A program made the position numbers and the translations under genes. 64,000 bases of DNA from Balanoglossus misakiensis (Eukaryota > Animalia > Hemichordata), in contig CM082583.2 of assembly GCA_040954595.2 (NCBI GenBank), forward strand, positions 8,728,254-8,792,253. The letters run 5' to 3'. Of this stretch, positions 25,701 through 39,215 are shown piece after piece (position 1 is the stretch's first letter; every line of letters begins with the position of its first letter). The notes under the pieces were generated by a model that worked only from the letters and a program-made list of their open reading frames with translations, was not told the DNA's origin and did no database searches.

Positions 25701-28041
25701 ACAGTACATTCTCTGCTTTTTTTAGCTGGTTCATCAAATTTTATTCATTCTGTCATATCAACAGAGATGACAACTGGGAGATATTTGAAAGCAGCTGTAT
25801 TCCGGGAAAATCAGCACCTGTTCCGGCATGGTTGGAGAGTGTGTATGAAGCCATATCCCCATTCGTTGAAAGGTACACGCACACTAGTAGTTTTGTTTCA
25901 AAATCAATTTTTATTAGGTATCTGAATTTGTATCATTTTACATGTACTTTCATGACCATGACAAAACATTTCGTGACATGTTTTTGACATCATCATTGCA
26001 GGATCATCAAGTCAGTGATGCAGATACTGATTGTAGATGGCAGCAAAGGCACAGTTCCTTCATTTTCTGAAATTGTCAAAGAGTTGCCGTGTGGATGTAA
26101 ACCAGAAAGCCCAGAAAGACTTCTCAAACACCATGGTAGGTGATCTATACATGTACATGTACATGCATGGTTTTATTGAATGTGTGTGTGTGCCACTGAC
26201 ACTACCTTTTTCTTCTGGTTCAACAGGTCCAAAGGACCCCTTATTCAGTGCAATCAGGGGCTTGATAGTCAAACTGACAGAAGAAATCCCCACCATGCCA
26301 ACACCACTGTGTGTGTTCTTCAAACATTTACAGACCAAGCTGCAAGAGATGGACATCAAAACAGCTCACAACTGTGTTGCTTTGCAGGTACATGTATATT
26401 CAAATTTTCTTCAACAAACAAACTTTCCTCTCCTGTTTTTTCATGGGAATCAGCTTCAATACTCACTACTATTATAAAGTTTTGACATGGCCATTGTTAA
26501 AGTTCGAACTTGTAAGATTTTTTTCAGTTTAAACCTGCAGTCCTCCTAAATGTACATGTATGGAGAAAGAATGAAAGAAATGTAGCCAACATTTGTACTG
26601 GTTTAAAATGTCTGTCCGTTTCTTGTGTCTACTAGATCATCGCCAGCTGTTTCTTCAACAAATTGCAAGACCGTGAAAGCTTGACCGAAATGATGGAGGA
26701 AGGCACACCGTCCGTGATACTGGATGCTCTGTTTCATTTGTCTGATTGTATCTATCCTATCCTAACCACAGCTGCTTACGGTAAGGAGATGGCTTATGGT
26801 GAACTGGCAGCACTGTGCTTCCACAGGGCAAAAAAAATACTTAAAAACAACAGTGAAGAGAACCCAACAATATGGCCGCTGTATACTGTCATTGATGATA
26901 GAGTCACAGTTTTACAATCTCTGTCTTTCTGATTTTATTCCCAGGCAATAAAAGTAACATGTCAAAGTTCACGCACATCTTCCTGAAAGTACACTGCGAT
27001 TGGCTGCCCAGACATATTGAAACAATCATATCCCACCTGAGGAATGAGTAAGTTCTCCAAAAATCTTATTTAAACTCCATTCATTCAGTACACCGAGATG
27101 ATAATCTTCTGGAATGTTTACAGTCGCGTACAAATGTACACAGTACTCATATGACTGCAGTAATGTTTCAGTATAGCCAGCCAGCCAGATTTGATGTTAG
27201 TTCTCCTATTTTGTTGTTTGTTATACCAGTGCCTACTCTGAGATAGAAGCGTACTCTACAGAAGGCATCCCAATGGATTTCATGGACTACTATCTCACCA
27301 TTCAGTCTCATGAGATATGCAACACTATAGAAGGTAAGCCCGGCCCTCAAAACAAAAGTTCCTCATGAGCAGGAACATATTTCCAACACAGACTGTTCAG
27401 CTATGTAGCAATTTTCCCAACACCCATCTCAAGCATTTAGTTATAATGATTTCTGATACAAAATTGTATGTAACACAGTTGACACTTCTTTCTCTAACGT
27501 TTCCACATGTCCTGTTCACATCTTGCAGGGGAAAAATCACTTTTGCAAGTTTATCATATTCTGAGAAATAACGTGGTAAGTTGACAGTTTTGCTGTATTG
27601 TTACATATTCCCTCCTCATATCTTCACTCTTTCATTGTATCTGTGATTGTTTTTCACACTTGTATTCTTCTTCGCTTAATACAGAAGTGGTTTGAACACA
27701 ACTTGGGTATCCCTCCGCTCCTGGCGAGCAAGGAATCGTCGCCGGTGGAGCCGGTCTTCTCGCTCGACCTCCCGAACCAAGATGCGGCCGCGCAGTTCAA
27801 CCCGTTCGGTCACTTCGACGCTCTCGGAGACGTGCCGCTCGGCCAGGAAGCGATCGCCGAGTTCGCGTACGACTGGCCGAAGATCCTGTTGTGCGACTTG
27901 GGTCTGAGCGAGCTGGGCTTTCGTAACTTGCTCTCTCACCGCTACGAGATGCAGGAGAACGCGTACATAGAGGAAGCTGACAAGAAGCCGGTGACCGTCC
28001 TCAAGGCAAAGTTTGACTTGGACCCGGAAGAGTTAGTGTAG
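19711..28041 (+). CDS. KIAA0825: KIAA0825-like (DUF4495) protein, about 1345 aa, 23 coding exons
   Basis: Exons 19711-19853, 19990-20158, 20316-21048, 21160-21315, 21439-21635, 21834-21993, 22155-22201, 22330-22473, 22643-22761, 23036-23186, 23593-23783, 24394-24711, 24922-25012, 25183-25234, 25397-25604, 25765-25872, 26002-26135, 26227-26387, 26636-26780, 26945-27047, 27230-27333, 27529-27575 and 27685-28041 join in frame (4038 nt). Motifs matching human KIAA0825 as recalled: LWDDIRLRLRR, and LQDAESHNW.D..AFYE.ERCSFAVQMW...PP.LAQ...SL..L..RYS.A.PS..R..QLR.DVTTIL. A probable non-coding first exon ends near 19354, and AATAAA lies near 28876. Confidence 0.9.
19896..19956. repeat. Short interspersed repeat, copy 2
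   Basis: Near-identical to 16911-16968. Confidence 0.6.
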
Positions 28042-29081
28042 TCTTTAGTTCTGTCACTCTTACCCTTTTTGCGAACATGGTTTGGTCCAACTCCATCATT
28101 TTTAAGGCAGTGGTGGACGTCTCCAGACAGAAATGGGGTTGAAAGGGTATACAGCTGATTAGTGATGCTGTTATAGGAAAACTTATAAGTTGGAATACGG
28201 ATAAAATTGAGGCTGTCAGTGAAATCCATTTCAAGATAATCTCAACTATTGAAGTTAATAATCTCACATTATCACAAACTAAGCTTAAATGTACCATATT
28301 CAATTATAGGAGTATATTTATATAGTTGTCTCTATTTTTGTGAATATTACAGTTTTTCAGTCAAAATTGTATATGTTGGCTATTTATTGCGATAATGTTT
28401 TTAATGGAACATTGTGATTGTGGACATCAACATTAAACTTGTGACTGGATAGTGTATTAATTGTATATGTATATTTTTGTAATGCAGTTTTCTAATCACA
28501 GTTCTCTATGTTAATTTTGTAATGTACCGGTATTTGTACTTAGTGATGTTGTGTCCTCTGTGTGTATTTAAAAGGAGTGAGTCAGGGTACATTTTCAAAA
28601 ACAAACAGAAGTATTTACATAATGGCATCCATATTGATGTAGTATTGTTATTTTGGTAAAAGTTCTGATCACCTTGCACTTTCGTATGTGTTTTCATGTG
28701 TAATGTATCTCCCCATGTGTACAAAGTTTGTGTGTCGCATGCCAGTTGTTAAGTGAGTGGTGTATGTGTACCTGCCCTACCCATTCCCAGTCTCATAAGT
28801 CCATGTATTTTATCTTCAAACCAGAGGAAAAATCTGTATTAAAATCAATAGATCAATCTAAGAATCGACATTATCAATAAAATCATATTGTATGTACCAG
28901 CATTAATATTGTGTTTGCTTTGCATTGTAGTTACAAAATGTGATGGTTATGTATGTCTCTTGCCAGTTCAGCAATTTGACCAAAACTGTTGCACTGGTTT
29001 TAGATTTTTTTTGCCTTTAATATCTCAAATATATGGTATATCTTTCTTTGTTAACTGCATAAACCGGTCAGTCTCTCGAAC

Positions 29082-29128
29082 CCGAATCCGAATCCGACAC
29101 TGAATCCGAACCTGAAACCGAATCCGAG
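29082..29128. repeat. Degenerate (CCGAAT)n tandem array just upstream of ARB2A
   Basis: ccgaatccgaatccgacactgaatccgaacctgaaaccgaatccga. It lies upstream of a probable non-coding exon ending in CAG|gtaaga at 29260. Confidence 0.6.
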
Positions 29129-29642
29129 TCTTACTTCAGTATCGTTGCACATGCATTGAGCAAGCGCAGATCGGGGATTCCCCCAATCCTTTGGAGAACA
29201 CATGAACATATGATCAAGACATTTGTGGGATTTCTTCTGGTTGGGTTAGTCATTCACCAGGTAAGACTTTGTGATAAGCTCTCTAGTCCAGAAATTCAAG
29301 TACGTTCATACTATAGTTCGCGCGTACGAGTTTACGAGCATTTCAATATCCTGCGCTGTTTTGTTTACAAGGGGGAGGGGCACGTTGTTGGGTACAGTAT
29401 GCTTACATCATTGTACATCCATGATTGTTGAAAGGTCAGCTTGCCCAGCCCTGTAGCACACCACTGTGATAGCTCTGCGTACAGGTCTGTGTGTTCCTGG
29501 CGTTACACGGCCTCCACCTGGGAACACACACAGGCCTGGACGCAGAGCTAGCCTGCACCCCAGCACCATAGCCAAATAAACAATTGACTGCAACTATGTC
29601 CACTGACAGGTTTCAGTTCTAATTCGAAATCAGTACACAAAC

Positions 29643-32600
29643 ATGGCAGACACAGAAACAGAGGAGCAACCCATGTCACAAGAAAGTGCCAATTCTCCGG
29701 ACAGCGAGAAAACAGACGGGAATGCTGGTGAATTGTCAAAGGAAGGGGACGATGTTGAATCCATGGAAGTCGATCCATCGAGTCCGGAGGGCCGAGTTGA
29801 GGAAGACCAGGAAGAGAAACCGAGTGAAGTAAACACAGGTAGGTCAAACATGAAACTGGAACTCAAATAATGGGCTAGCATATTTTCCACCAGTGTCGTT
29901 CTACTGGTGAAAAATATGATGGAAATAACTCGAGGCCTATTGTAGAGGAATATGAAAGAGTCTTCCTTGTACACCCTGCCATGGTTGCAGCAAAGCAGAT
30001 GTCCAAATCTTCTTATTTCAAAGTTGCATATCCCCAGCCTCTTATCCAATAGTATTAAATGAAGCTAGTTGACTTTCTTTCATTCAAAAACTCATGTCGT
30101 GTTCATTAGGATCAGATGCCGACAAGAGTGAGGAGGGTGAACCGGCTGCAGTCGAAGAAGAAGGAGAGCAAAAAGTTGAAACGGACAATAAAGAAAACAA
30201 AACAGATGAGGAAAAGAGCACAACGAGCAGCGAAAAGACAGATAAAGAAGATGAAAATAAGGAGGATGAAAGTGCTGCTGTCGAACCCAAGGAGGAAAAG
30301 GAGGACATTGATGCAGACAAAAAAGACGAGACTGAAATTAAAACAGAAAGCACGGAGGAGAATCAAGGAGAGAGTAAAGACAGTGCTGAAGATGACTCAA
30401 AGGAAACAGAAACCAAACAGCCTGATCCGCTAGCTCAGAGGACAGAGATGGAAACTAGGACGTTTGATTTCCCCAAAACTTTAGAGGAATTCAAATATGC
30501 TTTTAATGAAGGTGAGCTGATCAGAAGCCGACATAATGTGAATTTGTTAATAATGCCTCCTCAGGTAATTGTTAGCAAGTTTTTTTGTTGTTCTGTTCCT
30601 GTGTGTATGCTTGCATTCTCTGGAAATCACTGTTTCAATCTTGGCAGCATGCAGTCAAGCCTGGGGCGCATTCGATTTGCACGATCATGATTGTGATTGG
30701 CGTGACGTCATTGTTGAAAGCGAGGCTGTAAACAAAACGGAATAGCGTAATCATGTTTATATGTAATGGCTGCCATCAGCGTCGGTGCGTACTTTTACGA
30801 TTAAAATGTTGTAAAATACTCAATTTTTGTTAGACACAACAAACTGACAAACAAAACAGTTATCATAATTACCGAGCGAACGCTCCCTTAACCCAGTACA
30901 GTAGAATACGATAGGCAGACCGCGGACTGGCGCCCTGACATTTTTTTTGATCCATGGTAAAAACGGAGTATAATATAAATAAAATATAGCACTTATAATT
31001 CAACTTGCGTCTAACAACTTAAAATATCGCAATACAAGTCAAACTCTGCTCTTGGGAGTTTTAAAATTACCGCCGGGCTGCTCCGTCGTCCGCCATTTTG
31101 TGTGTTTAATCACAACAATCACGCTCGGAGGCGTGATTGTTGTGATTGTCAATCATGATTATTATTGTGCGTATTCGAACGCACAATCACGATCACGATT
31201 GGCCAATCACAATCATTCATGATCGTGCAAATCGAATGCGCCCCTGATTTCCTTGTTTGTTGTAGTGCGCCCTCAACGATGTAGTGCAACGATGGCTTAA
31301 AAAATGTCAAATTCATTGTGGTCAGTGATGAAATGGTAAATCATATATTGCGATAATTGTCTTGGTGAATATCAATTTTTTTAATTGGATGGGATATTTC
31401 ACATGCAGATGGTGAACTCCTACACACAGAGACAGGCGAAAAGTTCAATTTTCACGACATAAAAGATGATCATCTTCATAATCAGAAGAGATACGAAGCT
31501 CTGGGAGAGGTAAGACAAAATCCAGGTTTCTTTCACTTAAAACAATGATTTACATGTGGTGTACAATGTAGGTCCGAAAGTGCCACAGAATGGGGAAATT
31601 TGGCAGACGTCTACAAATTGTGCCCTTGAACTTCAAGAGTGTATAAATATAACATTGCTGACTTGTCAACTTTCATTGTAATGCTAACAACGGGGTCATT
31701 GATCATCATGTTATCTCAACAGATAATCACAGAGTATGTTTATGACCTCTTGGAGAAAGATGTACAATTGAAGAAAGTTCACATTCCTGTAAGTATTGCT
31801 AGTTCCATATCGTAAACCGTTGGCCAAGGCCTTTCATGCTGAAACTCACACTTGTAAAGTTTTCATCAGAAAGTAATCTTCGAAAGCATCCCGGATATAG
31901 TACGTCTTCGTGGACAGTGAGTTTATAGGAATTGACTCTAACACGTAGGCACTGTTGTGCACGCAGGTTGATGCAGCTGAGGAAGAACCTACAAGTTTCA
32001 TATTCCAGACGGAAGACGCTCTCACGAATCCCAACAAGTTGTTGTTGTTGATCCATGGGAGTGGTGTGGTGAGGGCAGGACAGTGGGCCAGGAGCCTGAT
32101 CATCAATCAGAATTTGGACAACGGAACGCAGATTCCGTACATCAAACAGGCCAAAGAGGTATGGAAACGGATGATGGTTTATTAGAGTGGCGAACCCCTG
32201 AGTCATTGTACAATGCATGTAATCTGGTCTTGAGAATGACAAGAGAGTATATAGCACAGGGGAAATGTCGCCCTCTTGTGACAAACCATAGGGTAATTTC
32301 ACCATGCAGGACTTAGACGTCAGTCTTTACAAAACTACTGACTTTTTCTGCACCGCTTTGTCTAAATTTTGGGAACTTCATTAGAAATAGAAGTAGCAAA
32401 ACCCCACACAAGACATATGTGTATATGCATACTAGATGCACGGTCTTCAACATTCGAAAAGTTCATACGCTTCACTGGGTTGGTTTAATAAGGCTTTGTC
32501 TCAAATAGTTATCTTCTTTGGCAGCCGTACATTTAGGAAACATGATTAAATCCTGTGTAAACTCTTGTTACTATCACCAATGAATATTAATGATTTTCAC

Positions 32601-35600
32601 TTTGGTGACTTTTTAAAAGGTGTAATATTAGTAGGCTATCACGAGCAGTGTAATGTGATGATGAGAGTTCTGATGTTTTATTCAGTCCACGACGCTGTGT
32701 TTCCAGGGCACAGAACACCGCGCCTTTTGACGACGGATTTTGAAATCCCCCGTATCCATCACTTTTTAATGGGTGTACTCCAGAGTCACGTTTTTAAAGA
32801 CAGTTTTATCACAAGCGATAATGCGGGTAAATCTCTCGCACCCGGCATGTGTCAATAAAAAAAGATCCTGTGTAAAGCTGTGTAAATTTGTGTCATTTAC
32901 AGGAAGGTTATGGAGTAATCGTATTGAACAGCAACGACAACTATAAAGATAAAGAAAGGAAAGTTCCTATCAGGGTAAGTCAGAATGTACCTTTGCAACT
33001 AAACTTTGTTTTCTTTTCCACCGTCAGAGATTTGTGTAATTCAATTTATGTGATTGATATTTGTTATTTTTGTCAGCTGTTACAGTTTACAATCAGCACC
33101 ATTTTTCTCTGTGTGTGATTAATCGCCTTCTGGGAGTTCAGGGAGTGTTATGTATATTTGTTTTTATTTGCCCCAGAGGTAATCAATCTCCCCACAGTTG
33201 GCTTACAGCAGAACTACATGTAGTTAACACAAAGTGTTGACGGGGAATTTACTCCTGTGGCGGCCATGATAATTTCTGCTCTGTAGTGCGTGCCAGCTGT
33301 GTAAATGATTTCAAATGCGATTACCTGCATTCATACAAATAACTGATTATTTGTAGATCTATCTGTAACATCGGTACCCGCACACCCTTAAAGTTGGTAC
33401 CCCCAACACAGACATAATTCAAACCCCCAACCCACATATTTAGTACCCCCCACGTCCACACTTTTTGTGTATTGCACTCATATTAATGTCAATCAATGTA
33501 AGACTTAGTGGGAAACTGGAAGTAACGAATGTCAGCTCAAATTTCTGTTTCTAATCCATACATGTTCAGAAATTTTAAACTCTCACTGACACAGCTTGAG
33601 ACCTGACATTAAATCTGTCAATTGAATTTGAAGCTTAAATTGGCGAGTGCTACTTTTCCATACTCCATCACTTTTGTCCCCAATGACACAAAAATGGTTT
33701 GGGAACAAATTTTTCTTGATGTTTGACTTTGCAGGACAACAGAACACCAGAGGACCACACCCGCTATGTTTGGGACAACTTTGTTATGAAGAGCGCTGCT
33801 AAACACATTTTCATTGTGGCGCATAGTTATGGAGGACTGTGTGTTGTCGACTTGGTAAGGGCTACTTATTGTATGGATATTACCTTCTCATAAGGGTATG
33901 AGAGAAAGATTGAGTGAGTGATTGATTGAATGAGTATAGTAGGTTATAAAGACGTTATTTGCAAAAGGCTGAGTTTTAATTAACCCAAACAACAAAGACT
34001 AGGCACAATTGGCCACATATTCAGTCAGCAACCTCAACTCACAATGATTGCATAAAATGCTATCTTTATAATTGTATGTTTGTGGACAGTGTGGCACATG
34101 CAATACACCTCATATACACTATACTACATCATGGCTTTGTTAAAACGAATGAAATATCTTCTTTTTGCTTCTTTGACAAAAGTGCCTCTCAAGAGAAGTA
34201 GACTTCTATAAGAAGACAGAGGCAGTAGCCATGACCGACTCAAGCCACAGTTTACATTTGCAAGAAGTTAACCACCGCATGCTGCAATGGTTCAGTAAGG
34301 TAAAAGAAAACTTTGATGTCTTTCAGCAGTGTAACAGTGTGTGGGATTGTGGAGTAGTTTTTGCTGTATGCGTGGGCCGGCTTTTAGGGCATGCGTGCAG
34401 AGGGAGACAGAGAGACATTTCTCGGTAGACCTGCACCATTCCACTGGAGGTGATCTGTGTGAGAGATGTACTACTAGAGTATACTGTTTCAAGTTGTGTC
34501 GATCGATACTTAACATTTTTTCTCATTACTAGTATCGGTAATTTTTATACAATGTATCACTATCAATACATTGCGTAAACTGCTTTACTTCTGCGCAGAA
34601 AGAAACATGACGCTTTTTACCAATATTTATTATTGATCAGCACTATGACACGGTTCTGTTGCAACTGCGAATTTCACAAGAGAATTCAAGATGCTTTTTG
34701 TTGAGAGATATATCCCACGTGAATTTTCTCATAGGGTGCAGATGTTCCAGTCACCAAACACAAAAAAGCCGTATTCTAGAGAGAGAGGGAGAGTAAATGT
34801 ATGATATAATTAATCACAATTGAGTATATATAGCTGTGGCACACACATACATGTAATTCTATTATATAACTTTGTGCCAGATTCCGCAGTAGATATCAGG
34901 GGTTGTGACATATTTATTACAAACACTGTCACCTTTATCGCGTATCGTAAATCATATCAAGGAAAGAAAACCTTTGATTTCTGTGAAATGAAACCCATAA
35001 ATTGGCAGACACATTAACATGGAAATAAAAGTTAATGGCAGATCTCTTTGTTGCACTCTCGTGGGATTAACATACCTGATGGTGAACGTACTTGAGTTGA
35101 TGGTTTTGCAACATAATGATATCCCTCTAGAGATCTGTGTGCTTAGAATTGTATTAACGTGTACAACAATGTGTGGTTGATATTCCTGTACCCATTCAGT
35201 GGTGGTGGTGACGTGTCTGTCAAACTCTACATATCAGAGTTCTCGCTGTGGCTTATTTGCGCCCAGGCTAGTGTGACTCTGCTCTCGCATTGAAATGCCA
35301 TATTTCCAGCCATATTGGTCAGTTAGGAGGAGCTTTTGATCAGATGTTTCCATTGTTCAGTATATAATGCGGTTTTGATTTAATGGATAACCGAACTCAA
35401 AATCGGAGCGTACTGATTTTCCCCCCGTCGTTTTTGGGTCAAGAGGTAGTGGACAAAGGTGTGTGGCGTGTGTGTGAGATTGCGAGTTAGGGACATTCAC
35501 TCATTGTGAGATAGGGACATGTAGTCAAATCGAATTGACGGATGTACCTCACTGTACCTGTTCAGAGCCTGTAGCAATTGGATCAGATTACATGGGATTT

Positions 35601-38386
35601 TGAAAATCAGAATATTTAAGTGTTATCGTTTTATGAAATTTTCACGGTTTTTATGGCGGTAAATGTATTTCATAAAACTTTCAGCAAAAAAGACTTAACA
35701 GATATCTGTATTTTCCTCTGTGACATGCATAATTCAGTGGGGTTGATTAAAAATGGAAAGAGCGAGAAGGTTTCTTGATTTTTCAATATGCTGGCAGCCA
35801 AAAACCTAATGGCAAGATTTTGCATATATAACAGTACTCATTTTTTTATATTAACACCGGCGAAAATCCACTGATTTTCCAGTTTTCATGGAAAGGGAGA
35901 CTTGGCTCAGGAGTTGTGACTGTTCTGTGGCTGATGAGATGGACAGGATGCGAGAATGATTGGGAACTTTGTCCGATCGGATGTAGCAATTTCCAACCAA
36001 TTCAGCAGAAAATTCCCCTCTAATTTGATTCTTGCCTCATTACAGCTCGAATGTGGATAACACTGTGAAAGACTGCATTTGTGCATGAAAGAATCCTTTT
36101 CTCATTTGGCAGGATTTTTTGTGGTGGTCTGCAGCTGAGGTCTTTCAAATGTTACATTGCCATCATGGCTCAGATTTGTCTTTTGTGATTGTCGGGCAGA
36201 AGCTCTCATTAAATATCTCTTCGCTTTGACAAGCGACGGGGCCCAGTCTGTTCAATTTCTATTTATCATGTGAAGACTCTTTCGGGATAAAGAATCGAGA
36301 TAATGATGTGCTGAACGACGAAGGAAACTTAAAGTACTAGAATGGATACGGCAGAAGTAGAAATGAGTTGCATGTTTCACAATGGCATATAAAGTGATGC
36401 AAACATGAGACGTGTAGAGAGAGAGAAAGAGAGAGACAAGCAAACACAAAATCTGGGGCTTATTTGTGATTTAGAAAATGCCATCATCAAAATTGAGATT
36501 ATTGACATTAGTAAAATCCGGAGGCTGTACAAACAAAACAACATAATTTTCCAATCGGGATACTGTCGAGAAAAACCTGAGCAGTTTAGTTCCTGTTAAA
36601 GGTCATATTTGTTGATGTGGGGATTTTTGTAGACGTCAACAACATCCCTTTGTCTGGACACATAACTATTTATGTCCCCTGTGAATCGAGTCATGCGTTG
36701 ATAAAAAGACAGTTGTTTTTTGACATCTGACAAATGTATTCTTCCTTATAATAGCATGCTGTCAACTGGGTGACATCTGAAGATCCTGTCAATACAGAGT
36801 TAAAGAAGACAATTCTCGAAGTGGCAAAACGATCTGCAGGTACGTAAGATTTTACTCTTAAGTTGATCATATCATTTTGAATGCTACGGTAACCCTGCCA
36901 CACTCCAATGGTTTTTCTCCAGATCTGAAAGTTCACTATCGGGTGTGTTCCATTTTATTGGCATCTCAGCAAAACCTTATAGTTTTTTTGTTAACTTTCA
37001 AAAAAAATCTGTAAAATTAGCAAGATGTTTTGTTTGGCCTGAGATATGTCACAGGTTCAGAAATGTTTTATCGTGAAGTGAATCTTTTCCAAATGTGACT
37101 GTTCTTGTCATGGAGGGTATGATGAACACTTTTATGCATTTTATCTCGAGCAAGCAATATGTGCAGATAAGGGATTTATCTCAGAGGTAATTCCCCAGAC
37201 GTTCTCAGAACATCTGCGTTTGAAAGGTTCTGCGTCAATTTAATGTTCCTGTAATGGCAATTGCAACCATGGGTGACCAGAATATGACATGGACGGATTT
37301 ACATGTTACCGGTAACTCTGGGTTTATTTCTATCAGTGAGATCTGTTACCGAAGAGTGTCCAGTTGTCTTGTCTTGCCCAGCTGTCCCAGAAAAATTTAC
37401 AGCACTGTGTAAGGCCTAGGTAGAATGTATAGTCGTTGGATACTCACCATACAACTCAATCAATTTATGGCTTCCTGTGCATCTAACTCTGAAAGCTTCT
37501 AATAGTGGGGTGGAACTTGTCAGATATGTATTGGCGTCAATTTGTACAAAATTTCTGAAGAAGCCGTACTCAGAGTGGTTTAGAGATACTGGGTTCTCCC
37601 CCCATCCCCCCAAAGGTTACAACACAACACAAGACATGGCTGACCTCATTTGTACAGAGACAGATCAATCTACCTGTCTCCTACATGTACATGCAGTACT
37701 ATCATGCATTTTCATTACAACTGCTCACTTGGAGTGCCGTAGGTCTCCTTTGTGTTTCTCATTCATTGTGATTAATAACCGAATAATCTTTATCTTATTA
37801 AGTTGAATCAGACATGAAAGTGGCAGGCGGCGAGATCAAAATGCCATCCTGATGTATATTAGACAGGATACGAGTGCACCATATGCTCTTTCACTTTTGA
37901 CCCATGACGGTCTTGTTCCACCTGAGGGCTGTCGATTAAATATAGTCATTGAAACCTAGGCAGACAGAACCTGCTGCAAAGATTGAAGTCTGCTGTCATT
38001 TTTGGTTCCTGTCTGTCTGTCTCGAGTAGAGTTGAAACTTAGATGGTGTCCAATGTTTTAGGTGGTCTTCTAGATTTTGATGAAAAGTAATAATAGTAAC
38101 TTTTGATAAAGCAGTACAGAAAGAGATGTGGGACTTGTACCTACATCGGAAATACAGTGATAACAACAAAAAGCACAGCCATAGTATGACCACCTTTGAA
38201 AAAAAGACAAATGGACCGATCTGTTCACTTTCAGGCACAAAGAAACATGAAGAAACATCATGTACAAGCAAGGAATCAGTTTTCAAGTATTTCTCGGCCA
38301 AGCTAGCCGAGCTCGAGGGGCAGAAAGAAACTAAAAAGGTCAACACAAGTGACAAAGAAAAAGAAGAAACCAAGATTCAAAAGTAA
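29643..38386 (+). CDS. FAM172A: ARB2A / FAM172A cotranscriptional regulator (Arb2 alpha/beta-hydrolase-like domain), about 500 aa, 10 coding exons
   Basis: Exons 29643-29838, 30110-30511, 31409-31509, 31723-31788, 31967-32158, 32903-32974, 33735-33854, 34183-34299, 36755-36839 and 38235-38386 join in frame (1503 nt). Signature motifs: [13 protein letters not shown]; [13 protein letters not shown]; [38 protein letters not shown]; YVWD; IVAHSYGG; TDS; NWV; SAGT.KHE.TS. AATAAA lies at about 38390. Confidence 0.95.
30664..31243. mobile_element. Non-autonomous PIF/Harbinger-type DNA transposon (MITE), 580 bp
   Basis: TIR GGGCGCATTCGATTTGCACGATCATGA with its perfect inverse at the 3' end, further subterminal TGATTG/CAATCA repeats, and a 3-bp TSD CTG on both sides. 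No ORF. It lies in ARB2A intron 2. Confidence 0.85.
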
Positions 38387-38769
38387 AAGAAATAAAGAAT
38401 TGAAACTTTATTTCTTTTACGCCAGGTATTCATATTAGAATAATAACTATGGATTCTGTATTGCAGCTCATATAAGCCTTGCGATAAATGGCTATTGTTT
38501 AATTAGTATAGCATTGTCCCGAAAACCCAAGGTTTTGTTGGTCTATAGTATTTTGTTGGATTCAATCCATTATGTAATGATAAATGTTATTAATGAAACA
38601 ATCATGGAAAGAAATATCACTGAGGCTTCAGATGGCGGCCAGAATCAACACACTTGCTGAAATCCAGTACCATATATTGTGTCCATAGGACTGATACACT
38701 ACATGCTCGATGGTTCAAAGTGTTATAGTGTTTTAATGTGTTGTACGCTACATGCGATTAAATATTGAA

Positions 38770-39215
38770 CTATTTACAATCAAAGGTCTGAGACACATCG
38801 CGAACAAGTGCCACCCTTCACTCTGAAACATGGGTACCCTATTTGCATATGCAAATGAACAGCGCGACAACGTTGTTCATTGTGACTGTTGGGCATTTTC
38901 TCACGCCAATGGAAAGGCCTGGAGGTGCCTTTATGGTCTGATGTATATGTGTACATCAGTTTACATGTATTTCACGATACAATCCAATATGGCCGCCGGG
39001 CGGCCATTTTGTTTTGATTTTTGTGTGTGTCCAGAGCAATTACACTGACAGGTGTGAACTGCTACCATTCAAACTTGGTATGAAGACAATATGGTATTAA
39101 GATGATATAAGAACCTTCCAGAGAATACCCTCTGAAGTGGATTATGCGTAAACATTTTGTCGCCGATGATTTTTAAACGTCGTTCAGTGATTTGAGGTCA
39201 GAGGTCTCAAATTAA
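38770..39215. repeat. Probable interspersed repeat (palindrome-rich, DNA-element-like)
   Basis: Contains the palindromes ATTTGCATATGCAAAT and AATATGGCCGCCGGGCGGCCATTTT, plus TTCAAACTTGG and GAGGTCAGAGGTC motifs that I recall from marine invertebrate non-autonomous repeats. Boundaries are uncertain. Confidence 0.35.
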
